From NCBI GenBank assembly GCA_012295275.1, contig CM022670.1:22506001-22570000 (forward strand): DNA of 64,000 bases. The letters run 5' to 3'. Positions 14,004-27,702 of this stretch are shown in pieces. Under the pieces are notes generated by a model that worked only from the letters and a program-made list of their open reading frames with translations, did not search any database and had not been told where the DNA came from. Both the position numbers and the translations under genes were made by a program. This stretch comes from Chrysomallon squamiferum (lineage: Eukaryota > Animalia > Mollusca). Each line of letters opens with the position of its first letter. The stretch's first letter is position 1.

Positions 14004-16348
14004 TTAATAAGTATAATTTATAATTTTAAATTAATAGTACTGATATAAACATCATCGTTAATGGATGGATTTATTATTTGAATAATATACAACGGCAATA
14101 ACTTTATATTTACACTTGTGCAATTGCATTGTAGAGAAATATATTAAATTACAGATAGAAAAATAGGTGACAAGTTAACAAGGAGGATATACCATCTCAT
14201 AATATAAAATTTCATAATACTTATACTTGATCTGCTAAACAGAAATTACATCACGTAATTCTATATTTTCTTGGTAAACAGTCTTGTCGGTAATATAGGA
14301 TCAGCGCATTTAAGAACATAATGGAATGTTTTATTTTCATAAGGTTAATAATGTATGTGTTCAAGTAATAAAAATTAATATGATATACATATAGTTAGCA
14401 TGTACTCGTTTCATCATCCATTGTAAATAATGTCATTTGCTATCAACGGAGATGTGTGACCTTCCTTCAGATTACAGGACGTTCTTGAGATCCCCTCTGG
14501 ATCTGCGCCTGGTTCATCTATTACATATCTCCCTGTTTCGATAGGCAGTTTCACTCTACGTGTTCTAAATCAAGTATATGGAGAGGTTTTGCAACGAAAC
14601 AGTTTAACATGACCAATTAAAAATCTATCTTGGTTTCGCAGACTTCGTAATGAAGCATTAAACAAGAACAAAGATAAATTTAGAAATAGCAGACTTAATT
14701 TTAAAAAGCTGTTCAAGTCCTACAAAAGAAGGGCAGAAAATATGTTTGGCGTGTATACAGTAATTTTTTTTTTAATTTCGAGAGGAAAAATGCGCATGAG
14801 CTTTGATTTTTAAATCCTGATAATTGTTCTATAAAATTATTTTTATTTGAGTTCGTGTTGTCTTCACAAACAGTGTGTCTAAATTCCACCGCTGTATATC
14901 AGAACGAGTAAAAAGTTGACTTTGAAATTCAAGATCCTTTAATAAAAGGGTACAAAAGTTGTTTCGCTGTGGATCACAAAACATGCCGCAGTGGCCTGCA
15001 CGATTAGTAAAAAGAAGGTATACACACTACACGATGAAAACGCTTCACACGTGATCCATTTCGAACTCGGCTGCTCTAAGGCCACTTACGTCCGCTGTGT
15101 TCCGAGGTCTGAACAGATGTTTTTTTTGTTTTGGTTGTTGTTTGTTTGTTTTGGAAGAGGTTATACCCATTGTTTTGATATATGTATATATATATTTACA
15201 CGCCAGGAATGTATTTGGGATCGGATGTTGTTCGGACGGACGTTAAGCGAAGCCCATTAATTAAAACGCATATATTAATTTTCAGTCCTGACTTTCGGTC
15301 TGGAATGTAATTATCTGGTAACATATGTCCAATTTCGCCAGTCACAGCACACAGCACTGGTCAGTTTCATTTAAATTAATTGATATTTGATAGGTCATAT
15401 CGATTTTTACATTATTGTTCTGTTGGATGCCATCACCAGCGTGACAACAGTCGTATCAGAAGACGCGTTGTCATAAACACCATCTCCTCGCTTTCTTCAC
15501 TTACGTCATATTCTGCCTGGTGGGTCTATGGCTTCACTGTTACTGGATATTGTGAGGAGAGTATTTAAACTCGGTGTTACTGATACTCAGCAGAAAAATA
15601 TAAGCTGAAGTTTCGAACTGAAAATAGACTCTGTTTGAATTGATCAAATAAAACAAACCATAAATACTATAAGCAAAATGTAGATATAACAAAATAGATG
15701 TATATGACAGCACCGTGCATAATTTTAGGTCATGACTCTCTTCAACTTTATTTGCTTTCCAGACAAATATACAGATCGTGTTACGCGTTTTCTTCTCTTT
15801 ATAAAAGAGTGGCAAAAGCGGGTTTTCATTCAATTAATAAAGAAAAGTAATTTTCGTTCAAGCATTCATCATACAGGGTTATTTGCATTTTCTTGTACTA
15901 ACCAAAGTTATGAAATACGCAAATATCATGTTATTTTTAAAAATAATATTCACGTCACAGACTCAAGTGTTTATGAATATTCTAAGAGGTTTATGACTGA
16001 ACACTTCAGTACGTAGGACATCGTATTTGAACATGTCTACTTGACAGCTTGGACAGCCAAAAATATTCCGGTGGATAAACTTTATATTAAGATGCACAGT
16101 GAATATTCAGCTTTTCAGACCGCTGAAAATTTATCAGACGTTAATTTTCAGTGTTATTTATCCATCAGATATTTTAAATAATAACTGTCAGATTTTATGT
16201 TACATTCGTACTCACTTCATTTCCCTCTTATGACAGTTATTTCTGTTTCAAGGTCATATGCCCAGCAACAAACTTAAAGAATACATATCCATTTGCAAAA
16301 AAAAAATGTATTTTATTGATACGTTCAGAAATGTTGATACTATCCCTA

Positions 16349-16368
16349 TTCTTCTTTTTCTTCTTCTT

Positions 16369-16453
<85 letters not shown>
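16349..16453. repeat. Compound (CTT)n(ATT)n microsatellite
   Basis: Direct observation; related trinucleotide tracts at ~9113-9152, 9460-9538, 18590-18740, 20131-20195, 26568-26661, 39389-39476, 41319-41430 and 46051-46097. Confidence 0.97.
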
Positions 16454-16454
<1 letters not shown>

Positions 16455-17911
16455 CTATTTCCAATTATTTATTTTTTTATTTTATTTTTTCGTTTAACTT
16501 TTTCTTCTTCATAATGCCAGAACGATATTTCTCTTTCAACGAAACACCCACCTTTTTGGGGCAAGCAAGAAAAATGCAATAAATCAACGCTTATATCTTT
16601 GATAAGTGCCAAAGAGTGATCTAAGGGTTATGCAGATATTTTTTTTAAAGTGAAAAGCATGTGACTTTTTTTGCCTTACTTACGTGTGAGATAAAACTCT
16701 TTCAGCGAATGATTGATTACCTTGCGTTTCTTATTATACATCTAGCAGTCATGTTTTTGGCAACCACATATTAACATGTAAATGTGTTCAGCGACGAGAA
16801 CACACAACATCTGGGTATGCATGTTTTCGAGACTGAAAGTAAATGACGTGATTTACTAAAATAATAAATAAAGAACTTAAGCTGTTTGTTGGGTTTTTTT
16901 TGTTTTTTATTACTTTTTTATAAGTAGTTAATTGTTTTTTGTACCACTATTTTACACCACTAAAATGTTTACGTGTGGGGTTCCGACTGAACTGATGTAA
17001 CAGTCACGTGTTGCTTATCAGTTGTTTACTCATAAATCTCTCCAGTTACAGCATTTGAAAAATAAGAACAGGTGAACATCTCACTTTCTATTTAAAATAA
17101 TAACAATAATAATAATAAACGTATACATGCTTATTCTTCTCTATTTATTATGTAAGACGCTAACGTTTAACGTCTGCTAACATTTATTATTGATAATATC
17201 ATATTAATGTATTTCCTTTCAAAGAATTCTCAGTCATGATTGTCAGTATGTAGCCATGCAGTCGCAAACGCTTACATCAGCATCAGTTCACAAGACGAAA
17301 GGGTCGATAGAGGTGAACAAGTAATGATTAATTGTGTGTGAATTGATTGCTGAAATTATCAACACAGTCTTCATAATTAAGCCTTTTTGTATGATGGTAC
17401 AACAGATTTGAGACTGATATTGGGAAGGTTATTATTTCTTAGCGTAGGCCTAGCTACTATATTGAAAAGAACATGGACTGAGTTATGTTAGTATGTTAAT
17501 TTAAAATATAGGTTTTGATTAGATTATATAATATATATATATAATGTGGTGCAGAGTTTTTATACATAAAATCATTCTGGATGGTAGGTGGTAATTATGT
17601 ACCGTAGCAACAGATTAAGATCAAGTCTGATAAAACATGGTCACACTGTATTAGAGTTATAACTTGACTATTTGTTCAGAGAGCAATCTGTCAAATAAAT
17701 GATGCACTAAATGAAGTACGCTAGTTTTCTTTCACTGAATGATAACTGAGCTGAGTCACTAAGAATGTGTGAATCAAGGATAAAGTTGCGAAACGTTCTG
17801 AGTAAGAATTAAACAACCAGACAATCTCGTACAGAAGAGACCAAATAAACATTCTGTTGTTGTTTTTTTTAATTTTGTACTGAATTTAAATACAGTCATT
17901 TTCACTCACAG

Positions 17912-17941
17912 ACGTAAGTTAACGACGTTCCATCGTAAAAG
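17912..17941 (+). CDS. CaaX gene: 30-nt cassette microexon (R-RKLTTFHRK-S)
   Basis: Acceptor cattttcactcacAG, donor AAAG|GTAAAC. Phase 2-2, open frame. Confidence 0.5.
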
Positions 17942-20143
17942 GTAAACCAGTGTACAAAATAAGTATGTATGTGCCTGTGTATGTATGTTATGTGTATTGT
18001 GTTTTTGTGTTTCAGATATTCCGCTGAGCATTCTAGTTTTGTTGCACCGCTGCACTGTTGCTGAAATGTATTGGAACCTCTATAAAAGAAAAGAAAACGT
18101 TTATATTTATATGGTAATTCATACTCCGTCTGTGTACAATTCCTTTTATCCTATAATATTCAGATAGTCTGCATCATTTACATACATATTAATAATACTC
18201 ATTTTATGGTTGTATTCTATGTATTCTACAGTGTCTTGATTGCAGACTTCCAACAACATAAAATTAAATTACATAAAACTATATATAGTTACTCAATTTA
18301 AAAAAATAATAATAATTTTTTTGGATTGATTGAGTGATTTATTTGTTTAAGATTTCCAAAAAATTTAAAAATAGACTTCTTTTTTATTTTCTGTTTCTTC
18401 GTCGTTTTACTTCACAAAGATTCTGATTTTCTTAAGAAGTTGCTAGATCTTAGAAGCTAAAGAATGTTAATTGTTTTTATCTGCTTCTTCTCACCTCAGT
18501 GGTTTTCTTCAATTTCTCATATTACCTTTTTTTTTGCACCGACTTTGATCAAATCTTTTATCAAAGAGCTGATACAAGAACTAATATTACGACTACCACC
18601 ACTGTTGCTACTGCTGCTACTTCCACTACTACTACTACTACTACTACTACTAAAACAACTTCTATCAATACAACTGTTACCACTACCACTGCTCCTAATG
18701 TTACTACTATTGCAACTAATAACACTAATAATATTACAACTACTTAATATATCTCTATGATTAAAGAAATCATCGTATCAGTAAATTATAAAGACAGCAA
18801 GTGTAAAAGAGGTTCGCAGATATTCTCTTTTAAACAGTGTCTGGCGGACACCATGAGGAAACACTAATTATTACTAAACACTGGGTTCTACCAAGGATTT
18901 GTTATTTCTCTTTGAAACTGACACACGTTTATACTCGGTCAATAATAATTATTCACCACTTGCCTGAAACCAGTTATTTTTTTCTCTCTCTCTCTTTACC
19001 GCGGTTACTTGGCATTCGATGAAACGTTAAATACGTAAAAAATAAACCCCAGAACTAGACGTCCGGAAGTCGTATCCATGTGTGAAAATAAACACAGTGA
19101 AACCCGCTTAAACCATTGATGACAGACTTCAGATTAGTTCTGTTTAACGCTAAATACGCGAAAGAGCAGCTTCAGTGGTAAACCGTGCAATTCGCTACTG
19201 TCCTTCTTTGCACTGCGCGTTTCCTAACTGAAGTTCACCATCCATCCACCACGTGGTACCATTTTAGGTTTATTCTCCCACCTAACACTTTCATTATGAT
19301 ACACACTTTCGTAACTAGAATCAAGAAAAAGTGAATATGGTTATCTTCTATATATGCATATATGTATGTGTACTTATGTATGTATTTATGTATGCCTGTA
19401 TCTATGTATGTATGCATGTATTTAGGTATGTATGTGTGTCTACCCACTAAATCAATAATCAGTTCTATAAAGCTGAATTATTATTCTTTTTCTTTCTTTA
19501 TTTCTTTCTTTTTAAAAATGTTATAGTGATCTCATCCCGTGTTTGTAAGTCTCCATTAGCCACAACAAAAAAAAAAAAGCTTTGCAATGAAAAACCTTGT
19601 TTCATAGTTCACTGCTCTCAATAAAAGTAAGAATACTAATAATAACTTAATCATGGCGTCGTTCACGATAGACATGTCAAGTCTATGTCGATATTGCCGC
19701 TTTCAGCCAGTTGCGACGTTATTGTTGACTGGCAGTTCGAAATTAGACATCTTGTTTTTATAGATTGGGGGAAGAAGAAGAAGAATCGGGTCACATTGAT
19801 AAATATAACCGAGTTGATTTAGCGACTCGTTAACACATTTGATTCTTAACTGTTATTAGTGTCAGTCAGAGTATTGGTTACTTTAAATATGTGATAAAAG
19901 GAATCTTTTGTAGACGTTCCATGGCGTACTCTTAATTGACAAGGATTTATTATATCCACTTTTCCAGAGAAACAGCACATTCAACGGCTTTTAATACACG
20001 AGGCTTTAGGGCATGCACGAAATTTACTTTGCAAATTTTTTGTATAAAATGGACACAACATTTATTCAAATGCAAATTAACTTCTGGGTTACAGTTGGAT
20101 TGAAGCTGTGATTTAGAGTTCATAAAAGTCGTTGTTGTTGTTG

Positions 20144-20196
<53 letters not shown>

Positions 20197-21977
20197 TTCA
20201 TATGATTTTTAAAAGAAAACAACGAGTTTATTCAGATCAATACATATCTTCTGGTTTAAGAAATGTTTTTCCATTATTATTGGCTTCTAGTTTTACTGGT
20301 GCCCAGGTCTGTGTATTAGTTTACTTGAAAGTGCTGAAACGTGTGTTGTTGTTGAAAGAACTGCTCGCGTTGTGCCAAGTGGCCGATTTCCAGTACACCT
20401 CCTTTTTTCTGCCAATAGTTGTTACTAATGTTTTATTGCTTTGTAGTGTTTTGTCAGTCTAATATCAGTTAGAAAAATAAAAAAAATTAAACAAATGAAA
20501 ATGATATATTTATGAGGTGTTGTGACGTTTATTCCTTCCTTTTTATTTTTTATGTATATATAATTTTTTTTTTTTTTTAGTTTTGTTTTGTTTGTTTTTA
20601 TTTATTTATTTGCTTTCTTCGCAATTCTTCCTGTTCAGTCAACCGTTCTGTTAGTTTCTACACTCACCAGTGTTTTTCATTTTACAACTCAAATGACATG
20701 TTTATTGCTCTTAAAGAAATAACTAAATTATTTTATACAGTCTGATTGATAGATGATAAATAGCTAAGCAGCTAGATAGCTAGACAGATAGTCAGGCAGT
20801 CAAACAGAGACAGACAGTAAGATGGACTGATAGACAAAGAGACAGACAGACTGACTGAATGTTTAAAGAAGTTTTATTCTTTTTTCTTCTGTTCATACTT
20901 TCTGTTTATCTTTCTAATCTGATAGAAATAAAGGAAAGAAGTCGAAATACCGCTGTGTAGGTTACGGTGACTTTCAGCTGACTTTTTCTTTTCCTTTCAC
21001 TTTTTTTTTTTTTTTTTTTTTTGCTGTTATCGATTTGTAACACCTCCTTGTCGTAAATATGGATTTGCCTTCGGTGCGTATTCTCGTTTCTCCAGTTTGG
21101 TGTATTGTTTAACTTTTAATGTAACTAGTAAGACCGGTCTGTGAGCTTTATGAATAACCACTGGCGTATAATGTCACTTAAAAAAAAAAATTAAAAAGTG
21201 GAGCAGCAACGGATAAACATAAAAAAATATATATATAAATATATTTAAAAAAAAAGAAAGAGAGAAAATCATAATAACAAACACTGTTATGTAAACTTGT
21301 TAAACGATTACTAGAGCAATAAATTTTGAATATTTCATTCTTAATGACAATAGCAACAACATTATTTTTATGCTTTTGCGTGTCTGTACGTGTTTGTGTG
21401 TTTGAGAGAGAGAGAGACTGATACTGTCAACAAAAGAAGTATTTTAGAATGAAATTAAACGATTTATTACGTCAGTTTTCTTAAAATTGTTATATCGTAT
21501 TTTGAAACCGATATTAATATCAGGTTTGAAGGCTTTTAATTATGTGAAACTGGTGTAAACTGATAAATTTATCGTAGTATTTAAACTGACAGTTGTCAAG
21601 GTGTAGTATGTAATTCTGTAAGTTCTCGGTGAATGACGGGGTCGTAAAAAAAAAAAGATCAAACATCTAGTAACCTGTGTAAGCAGGTCAGTGTGTTCTT
21701 TCATGTGAATGTGTAAGTGTAATAATACTCAAGCACGTCTTCACTGAGAATCTCGATAGATCCTTGTCCAAAGTGTTACTTGAAGCATCCACGCAAAAAA
21801 CTGTATCACCAGGATTCTGGGTTAAAAGGTTTTTTTTCTAATTCTTTTTGAAACGTAAATGTATCATCGTCCACTTCTACAACCACTTATTCTTATTCTG
21901 CGACTACTACTGCTGCTGTTGTTACTACTGCTACCACCACTACGAAAACTATTCCTACTACTACTACTTATAATTAC

Positions 21978-22008
<31 letters not shown>

Positions 22009-25000
22009 AAGTTTCAGTTTTGTTTCCAAATTACGTAAAATGCTTTACTTTACTACAAAATTAATATTCACCTTTCTGAACTTAACATTCTGTAAATGTC
22101 ACTGGTAAATGTATTCATCTGTTCATATAATGGCTATACATCGTCAGAGTTGTCTGTGTACAGGATCCATTGCAGCATTTCAGTTACTTTGCCCTTCCAG
22201 TTTTTATTCAGTTAGCCTGACCTCTTCGGCAAAAATCTTATATTTTTACTGTAGCAGTATTCTTCGCATGCTGTTTCTATTTTTGAGGACATGAGACAAA
22301 ACATGATCGATCTGATCGCATTTAAAGAGCAACAGTCATGAAATATATATATCTGATCATTGTTTCGTACCACGTATGTGAATTTTGCGAAGAATTTTGT
22401 GGCTGGTAGAATGGACGAGGTTTTATTATATTCGCAATAATCGATTTCACTTTTTGCCTTGCCTTGAAACATCATCATCAAGCCAGCAAACTATTACTTA
22501 ATGGGGCGTGACGTCAAACGTGTATATTGCAAAGCGTTTAGCCGGAGTGGCAAAAAAACGGTATCCAGGTCCAGTAAGTAACAAGACGTGTAATGGTAGC
22601 AAAAAAAAAAACCAACAGATTTTCACCAGCACCACCAGTTTTGTTTTAAATGTGCGCAGACAGTGTTTATCGATGCAGCAAAAAGGAACTAAAAGATGGT
22701 AGAATATTTTCATTAATTTCCAAGGAATCGTACAACATAGTGATTTGTAGAAGCAGTTCAGAAAGCCATTTCTAATAAATTAAGAATGCGATATATATAT
22801 ATATATATTATAAAATTTATCATCATCATCATTATTATAATTTTACATGACTATCGAATATAACGATATGAATGTTAAAAAATACATGCCTTCTGTTGCT
22901 GCAAATCTTACAGTGCATGAGTTATCTTAAACTTGATTGAACAGAAACTTGGACGTTATGTTTGTTCAAGACAGTTACGTTCACATGTTGAGCTAAACCG
23001 ATATTCCCTGACTCTTTAACAGCTAGCGTATATTTGTTTTTAATTGTGCAAGCTGTAGAGACGCTTGTGCAAACAAATCAAAACAGACTACTGTCAAAAA
23101 ATGTTGTTTGTTTCTTCAGAGTTACTTGATCTGAGTGACAGTTATTGACGTAGGTTACGGAGTTCTTAGTTGGCTATTTATTTTCGTTCAGGTATAAAAT
23201 TAAAGACGAATATGTATTATCTGATATAAAAAAAATTATTAATGCATGGCAAAGAACACTTTTTTTTTTACCTTATCCTTTCACGAAAATGTCTGGAGAG
23301 AAAAAAAAAATTATTTAATTTTCTTTAATCTAGGAATTGTATTGATAGTTTTCGATTGGTTTAGTGGTAAACGTGATGGCTTACACGTTCACGAAATCTA
23401 ATATGAAATTTATTTGTAAATGCCTCTAAAAGAACCCCATTTTAAGGCTAACTTTTCTTGATATTTTTAAAAGAAGTTTGTTAATATTGGTACGAACGCT
23501 TTTTCATTAAATATAACTGTTACACATGTTCTTGAAATATAACCTAAAATGTACATGCATTTTTATGCATTAACTCTTAGTGATAGTTCCGATGAAATTC
23601 CATTAATTTTGTTAGGTAGGAGCTGTATTTATATGAGACGTGTGAGGAATCGCTTCAGCAGGTGGTTTTCAAGTGAGGTTTGACAGGTTAACAAACAAGA
23701 TGAGATCGCAGTTAGTGAAGGCGGGAACTTACCGAAGAAGTTGAAGAACAATTAAAATCAGCCACGTACTTTCTAAGTATTAACCAACATCATCTGCCAT
23801 TCAGGTGTTTCCTTGAATTTCTTCCAAAACTTTAAGGTTTTTAATTAAGTTTCAATATGACTGGGGTTTTTTTTTTTGGATGATGGTGGTGGGGGAGATT
23901 TTTGGTTTAAAAAAAAAAAAAAAAAAAAAATGTTTGAATGAAACGCAAGTCTAAATAACACTCGACCAAATTCTGTCAGATTGTAACCTTCTGTCGCTAT
24001 AACAAATATTTACAAATAATTATAGCATTATAAATGACTTCAAAGTGGCCAAAGCTCATGAATATAAATTGACTTTTGTACGGCAGATTTGGCTGCAGGG
24101 AAGGTTTCTGATACACAGTAGTTTAAGGTGAGTTACTGCAGTGTCTGGAGATATCAGACAGGAAAAATAAAGTAATCAAGTGGTCAGCATCTGTGTTTTA
24201 CAGCAATAACAGAACTTGATCACTCTGCGGGTACTAACGGCATATGAGGAACTTCGCAATACGTTAAAAGTGATAAGAACTGATACAAACTTCTTCTTCT
24301 TTTTTTTTTTTCCATTCTGAATGAATGTATGTAACTATTCCACTGTTGTAGATACGGGTTATTTTGACTTACTTTAACTTTATATAGAAGCTGTTTTACT
24401 GAACAGATTTCGTGACATCTATATATCAGCTATGCCATTGGCTGTATTTATTTTCAACACGATTTATCCATTTATAACCTATATAAATCATTGCTTAGAT
24501 TAAGTAAATAGTTACAGTTTGTACACATTCATCGGTGTGAATTAGATTACAGAATATTTACATAAATCCTTGGGGTGGTAATTATAGATTTAATCTTCAT
24601 AATCGCAAAAAATATATATCGACAAAATATTTTAAATAAATAAAGAAAGAAAAAAAATGAAATAAAGAAATAAATAGATTTCTTGAAACATTACAAATGT
24701 CAAATAAAATTTAGTTTTAGAATTATTTGTGTCTATTTAGTGGAGGCCAGATATATTAATTAAAAATATATAACAATTTCAAGGTCATAGATAAAACAAT
24801 GTTTTTATAAATACATTTAAAAATATGAAAGGCAGGCTGCTATTGTATTTTGAAGAGCATTGGTTGCGTTCTGTAAACGTTTGTCTCATTTGCTGAAATA
24901 AAACTTGTATTTGTCTTTCACTTCTAATCAATCAAATTATTTCAGCATGTTTGTCGCAAGTCCACACATCATTCTGCCATTGTTTTATTTCTGGGCAATA

Positions 25001-26580
25001 CTAGTTCTGCATTAAAGCTATCCTAAAAGCCTGCGACTGCATTTATACAGAGAGCAGTTAATTAAATCAACAAAGAAGACGACGTTTGAAACTTTTCTTA
25101 TTTACATTTGAAGGGTAACTCGACGTAGTTTTATTTGCATGGATCGCCAACACAGTGATATTTGTAGGTTTTACCAGACACTGAGTGTTTGAACAAATAC
25201 ATCTTTCCTGCACCGACTGGAAGAAAAGAATTAGTGTGCATTTAAAGTGGGAAGAGTGAAAATAAAGTTAAACTGAGTTCTAGGAGCTGAGTAGAAAACA
25301 TAACATAGTTGTTCAGGAGGTAATGGGTGATACATAAGTAACATCATTTGAGATCTGTATTAGATAAGGAAGAAGTTTTTCATTAGGTATCATCATGAGT
25401 ACTTTTTCAAGTCGAGTTTGATATTAATCTATTAGATAGCTCAGTTAGCTCATTTAGACATCACCAATCCACGCACTGTGGTTGCCTTGACCTACAAGTG
25501 TGATGTACAGAAATCTATTTCTGACACGATTCGGCTTTTCACTCTTGCCTTTTGTAAAAACATAACTGGGTAACGTATTGTCTTTCATTCAGAAAAAATT
25601 CAGCATTTCATTCAGTTTTTCAAGTATGAAACAAGATATCCCTGGTAATGGAATACGTCGATTCCCCTTGTGATGTCATTGTTAACAATAATATTATGTT
25701 ATAGTCCTTGACCGCCATTACTTGAGGTAAGAACCCAATCAGAACCTGATGACTTCGGATATGAAGGTAGAATATTCCACCGGATTTAGTGACTAGAACA
25801 AACTGTTTCTGATGGAAGCTTGATAAAAATTACTCTACCCGTGACGTCTCCAAAAAGTACGTTTTCCTCCCATTTCTAATTAAGACTTGATCAAGATATG
25901 AAGTTAATTCAGAAATTAGATATATATACTGACTCAGTGTTATTAATTGCGTTCTTGTAATGCGACCGATTTCTCAATATATATCCTATTCCAGATTTTA
26001 GGCGTCTATGAACATTATCAAAATGCGAAAAGACAGGAATGATAATAATTAGACCAAATGTCTGTGCTGCTTTGTTTTAAAGCCGCAGTGCTATCTGTCT
26101 CTTGCAGGACCTGTGCCAGTGGTCCTGTAACAGGCGTCAGAACAAGCTAGACGTGTGTTCAGTTATTGCGGTACTGGAGCAATTCACTAATTGGATTTTT
26201 CTTTAATCTCTCGGTGATCTTCGAACCTTTTCTCATTTACGAGGAAGGAATTTGCGATACGGGAGTTCTCGAGAGGACGAAACCACAAAATTTATCAAAG
26301 TAATGTAGCTTGTAATAAACAGAAAAACTCAGTCGTAATATTTCTGTGAAAGATCTTTGTACTTGCTATTCTCACAAGATTTGCCTTGGTGATAAACCAG
26401 ACTCTGTAATTAATATATATATCTATATATTTATTTGTTTATGTCTTGGATGTCCAAAAACAAAAACCTTAAAGAAGCATAATAAAAAAGAAAATTTAAA
26501 AAAAGAACAACAATAATAATAGTCACTAAGCAATTTGTCATGTTAATATTTGATTAAATAACAATTACAACAACAACAAT

Positions 26581-26625
<45 letters not shown>

Positions 26626-27514
26626 AATAATAATAATAAATAAATAAATAAATAAATAAATAGACAGGCAAATTTGTGTTGCCTGAATAAAAAGATTTAC
26701 CACCCCATGCATTGTTCGTACCTTATTCATGTACATGGCTTGAATATGAATTATAAATTGAATTGCTTTGAAAATTCACGAATGCTGGGATGTTAATTAA
26801 ATTTAAACACTCTCGTTATTCATTCGTGTAGTTCTGTAGTATTTCACTCAATGAAACAGCCCGAAATCAAGGTTTGTTACTGCTGCTGTTATTCGATACT
26901 GCAGACATGTTATCTGCGTAACCTCGATAAGTTCGCTGTACGGTAACATGGGCTCACAATGCATGTATTCGACCGTGTTTCCATTGTTAGCTGCAGGTAT
27001 GTATGTAACACTGCATGTCGCACAGACGTGGGAATAATGCTTGTGACAGATATTGGCTGATCACGGTGCGTGAACAATAAGCACTGACCTGAAGGTGTGG
27101 TTTTAAGTGCACGTCGTTTTGACGGTGGTTCGCACGACGTAAGTCCACGCTGAACAGATTAAGCAGATCCGCTCCACTCGACAGGCGATGTCACAACAAA
27201 ATATCGTCGGCTGTTTGTAAAATCCTGCTTGATTAGTCATATCAGGCAAACGAGTTTACCTGTGACATCCTCGACAGTTTTAAATATCTTCCCTAAGATA
27301 AAAAACATACTCTCTGCTCAAAAAGAAAAAAAAAAAAAAAAAATAAAATAAACAAATGTTTCACCATTACGTTTAACGAAAGGTGATACTGTGTGTTTGG
27401 AGGTTCGTCGCAGGAGGTAATATATTCGAGTTTATCACACGGATGTAAACAGCTGTAAGGGTAAATGGAGGTCGTATTACAGCAAGGTGTTTGAATTTTT
27501 TCTTTACTAATAAC

Positions 27515-27702
27515 ATGGATACTGATGGTGAAGTAATATGCGAGAAGGTTTCGAGGATTTCTCGATCTCCGCCTTCAGAGGGTAGGACGAGAAAGTCTGT
27601 CAGGATAGAAGAACCGAAGAGACAGAGAAGACCCAGCTCTGAAAACCGGCAACAGCAGATGACGCCAGACGAAGGTACTTGGGGCATTTTAACCCCGAAC
27701 AG
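27515..27702 (+). CDS. CaaX gene: alternative first coding exon A (MDTDGEVICEKVSRISRSPPSEGRTRKSVRIEEPKRQRRPSSENRQQQMTPDEGTWGILTPN-S)
   Basis: aacATGG start, 62 codons of purine-rich coding-like sequence. Donor CAG|GTAAAA in phase 2, compatible with acceptors at 44913 and 51903. CpG-rich upstream region (~26900-27270). Confidence 0.75.

Noticed and set aside
26948-26996. MGSQC... N-myristoylation-like first exon
   Set aside because: Ends in phase 1, incompatible with the gene's phase-2 acceptors.
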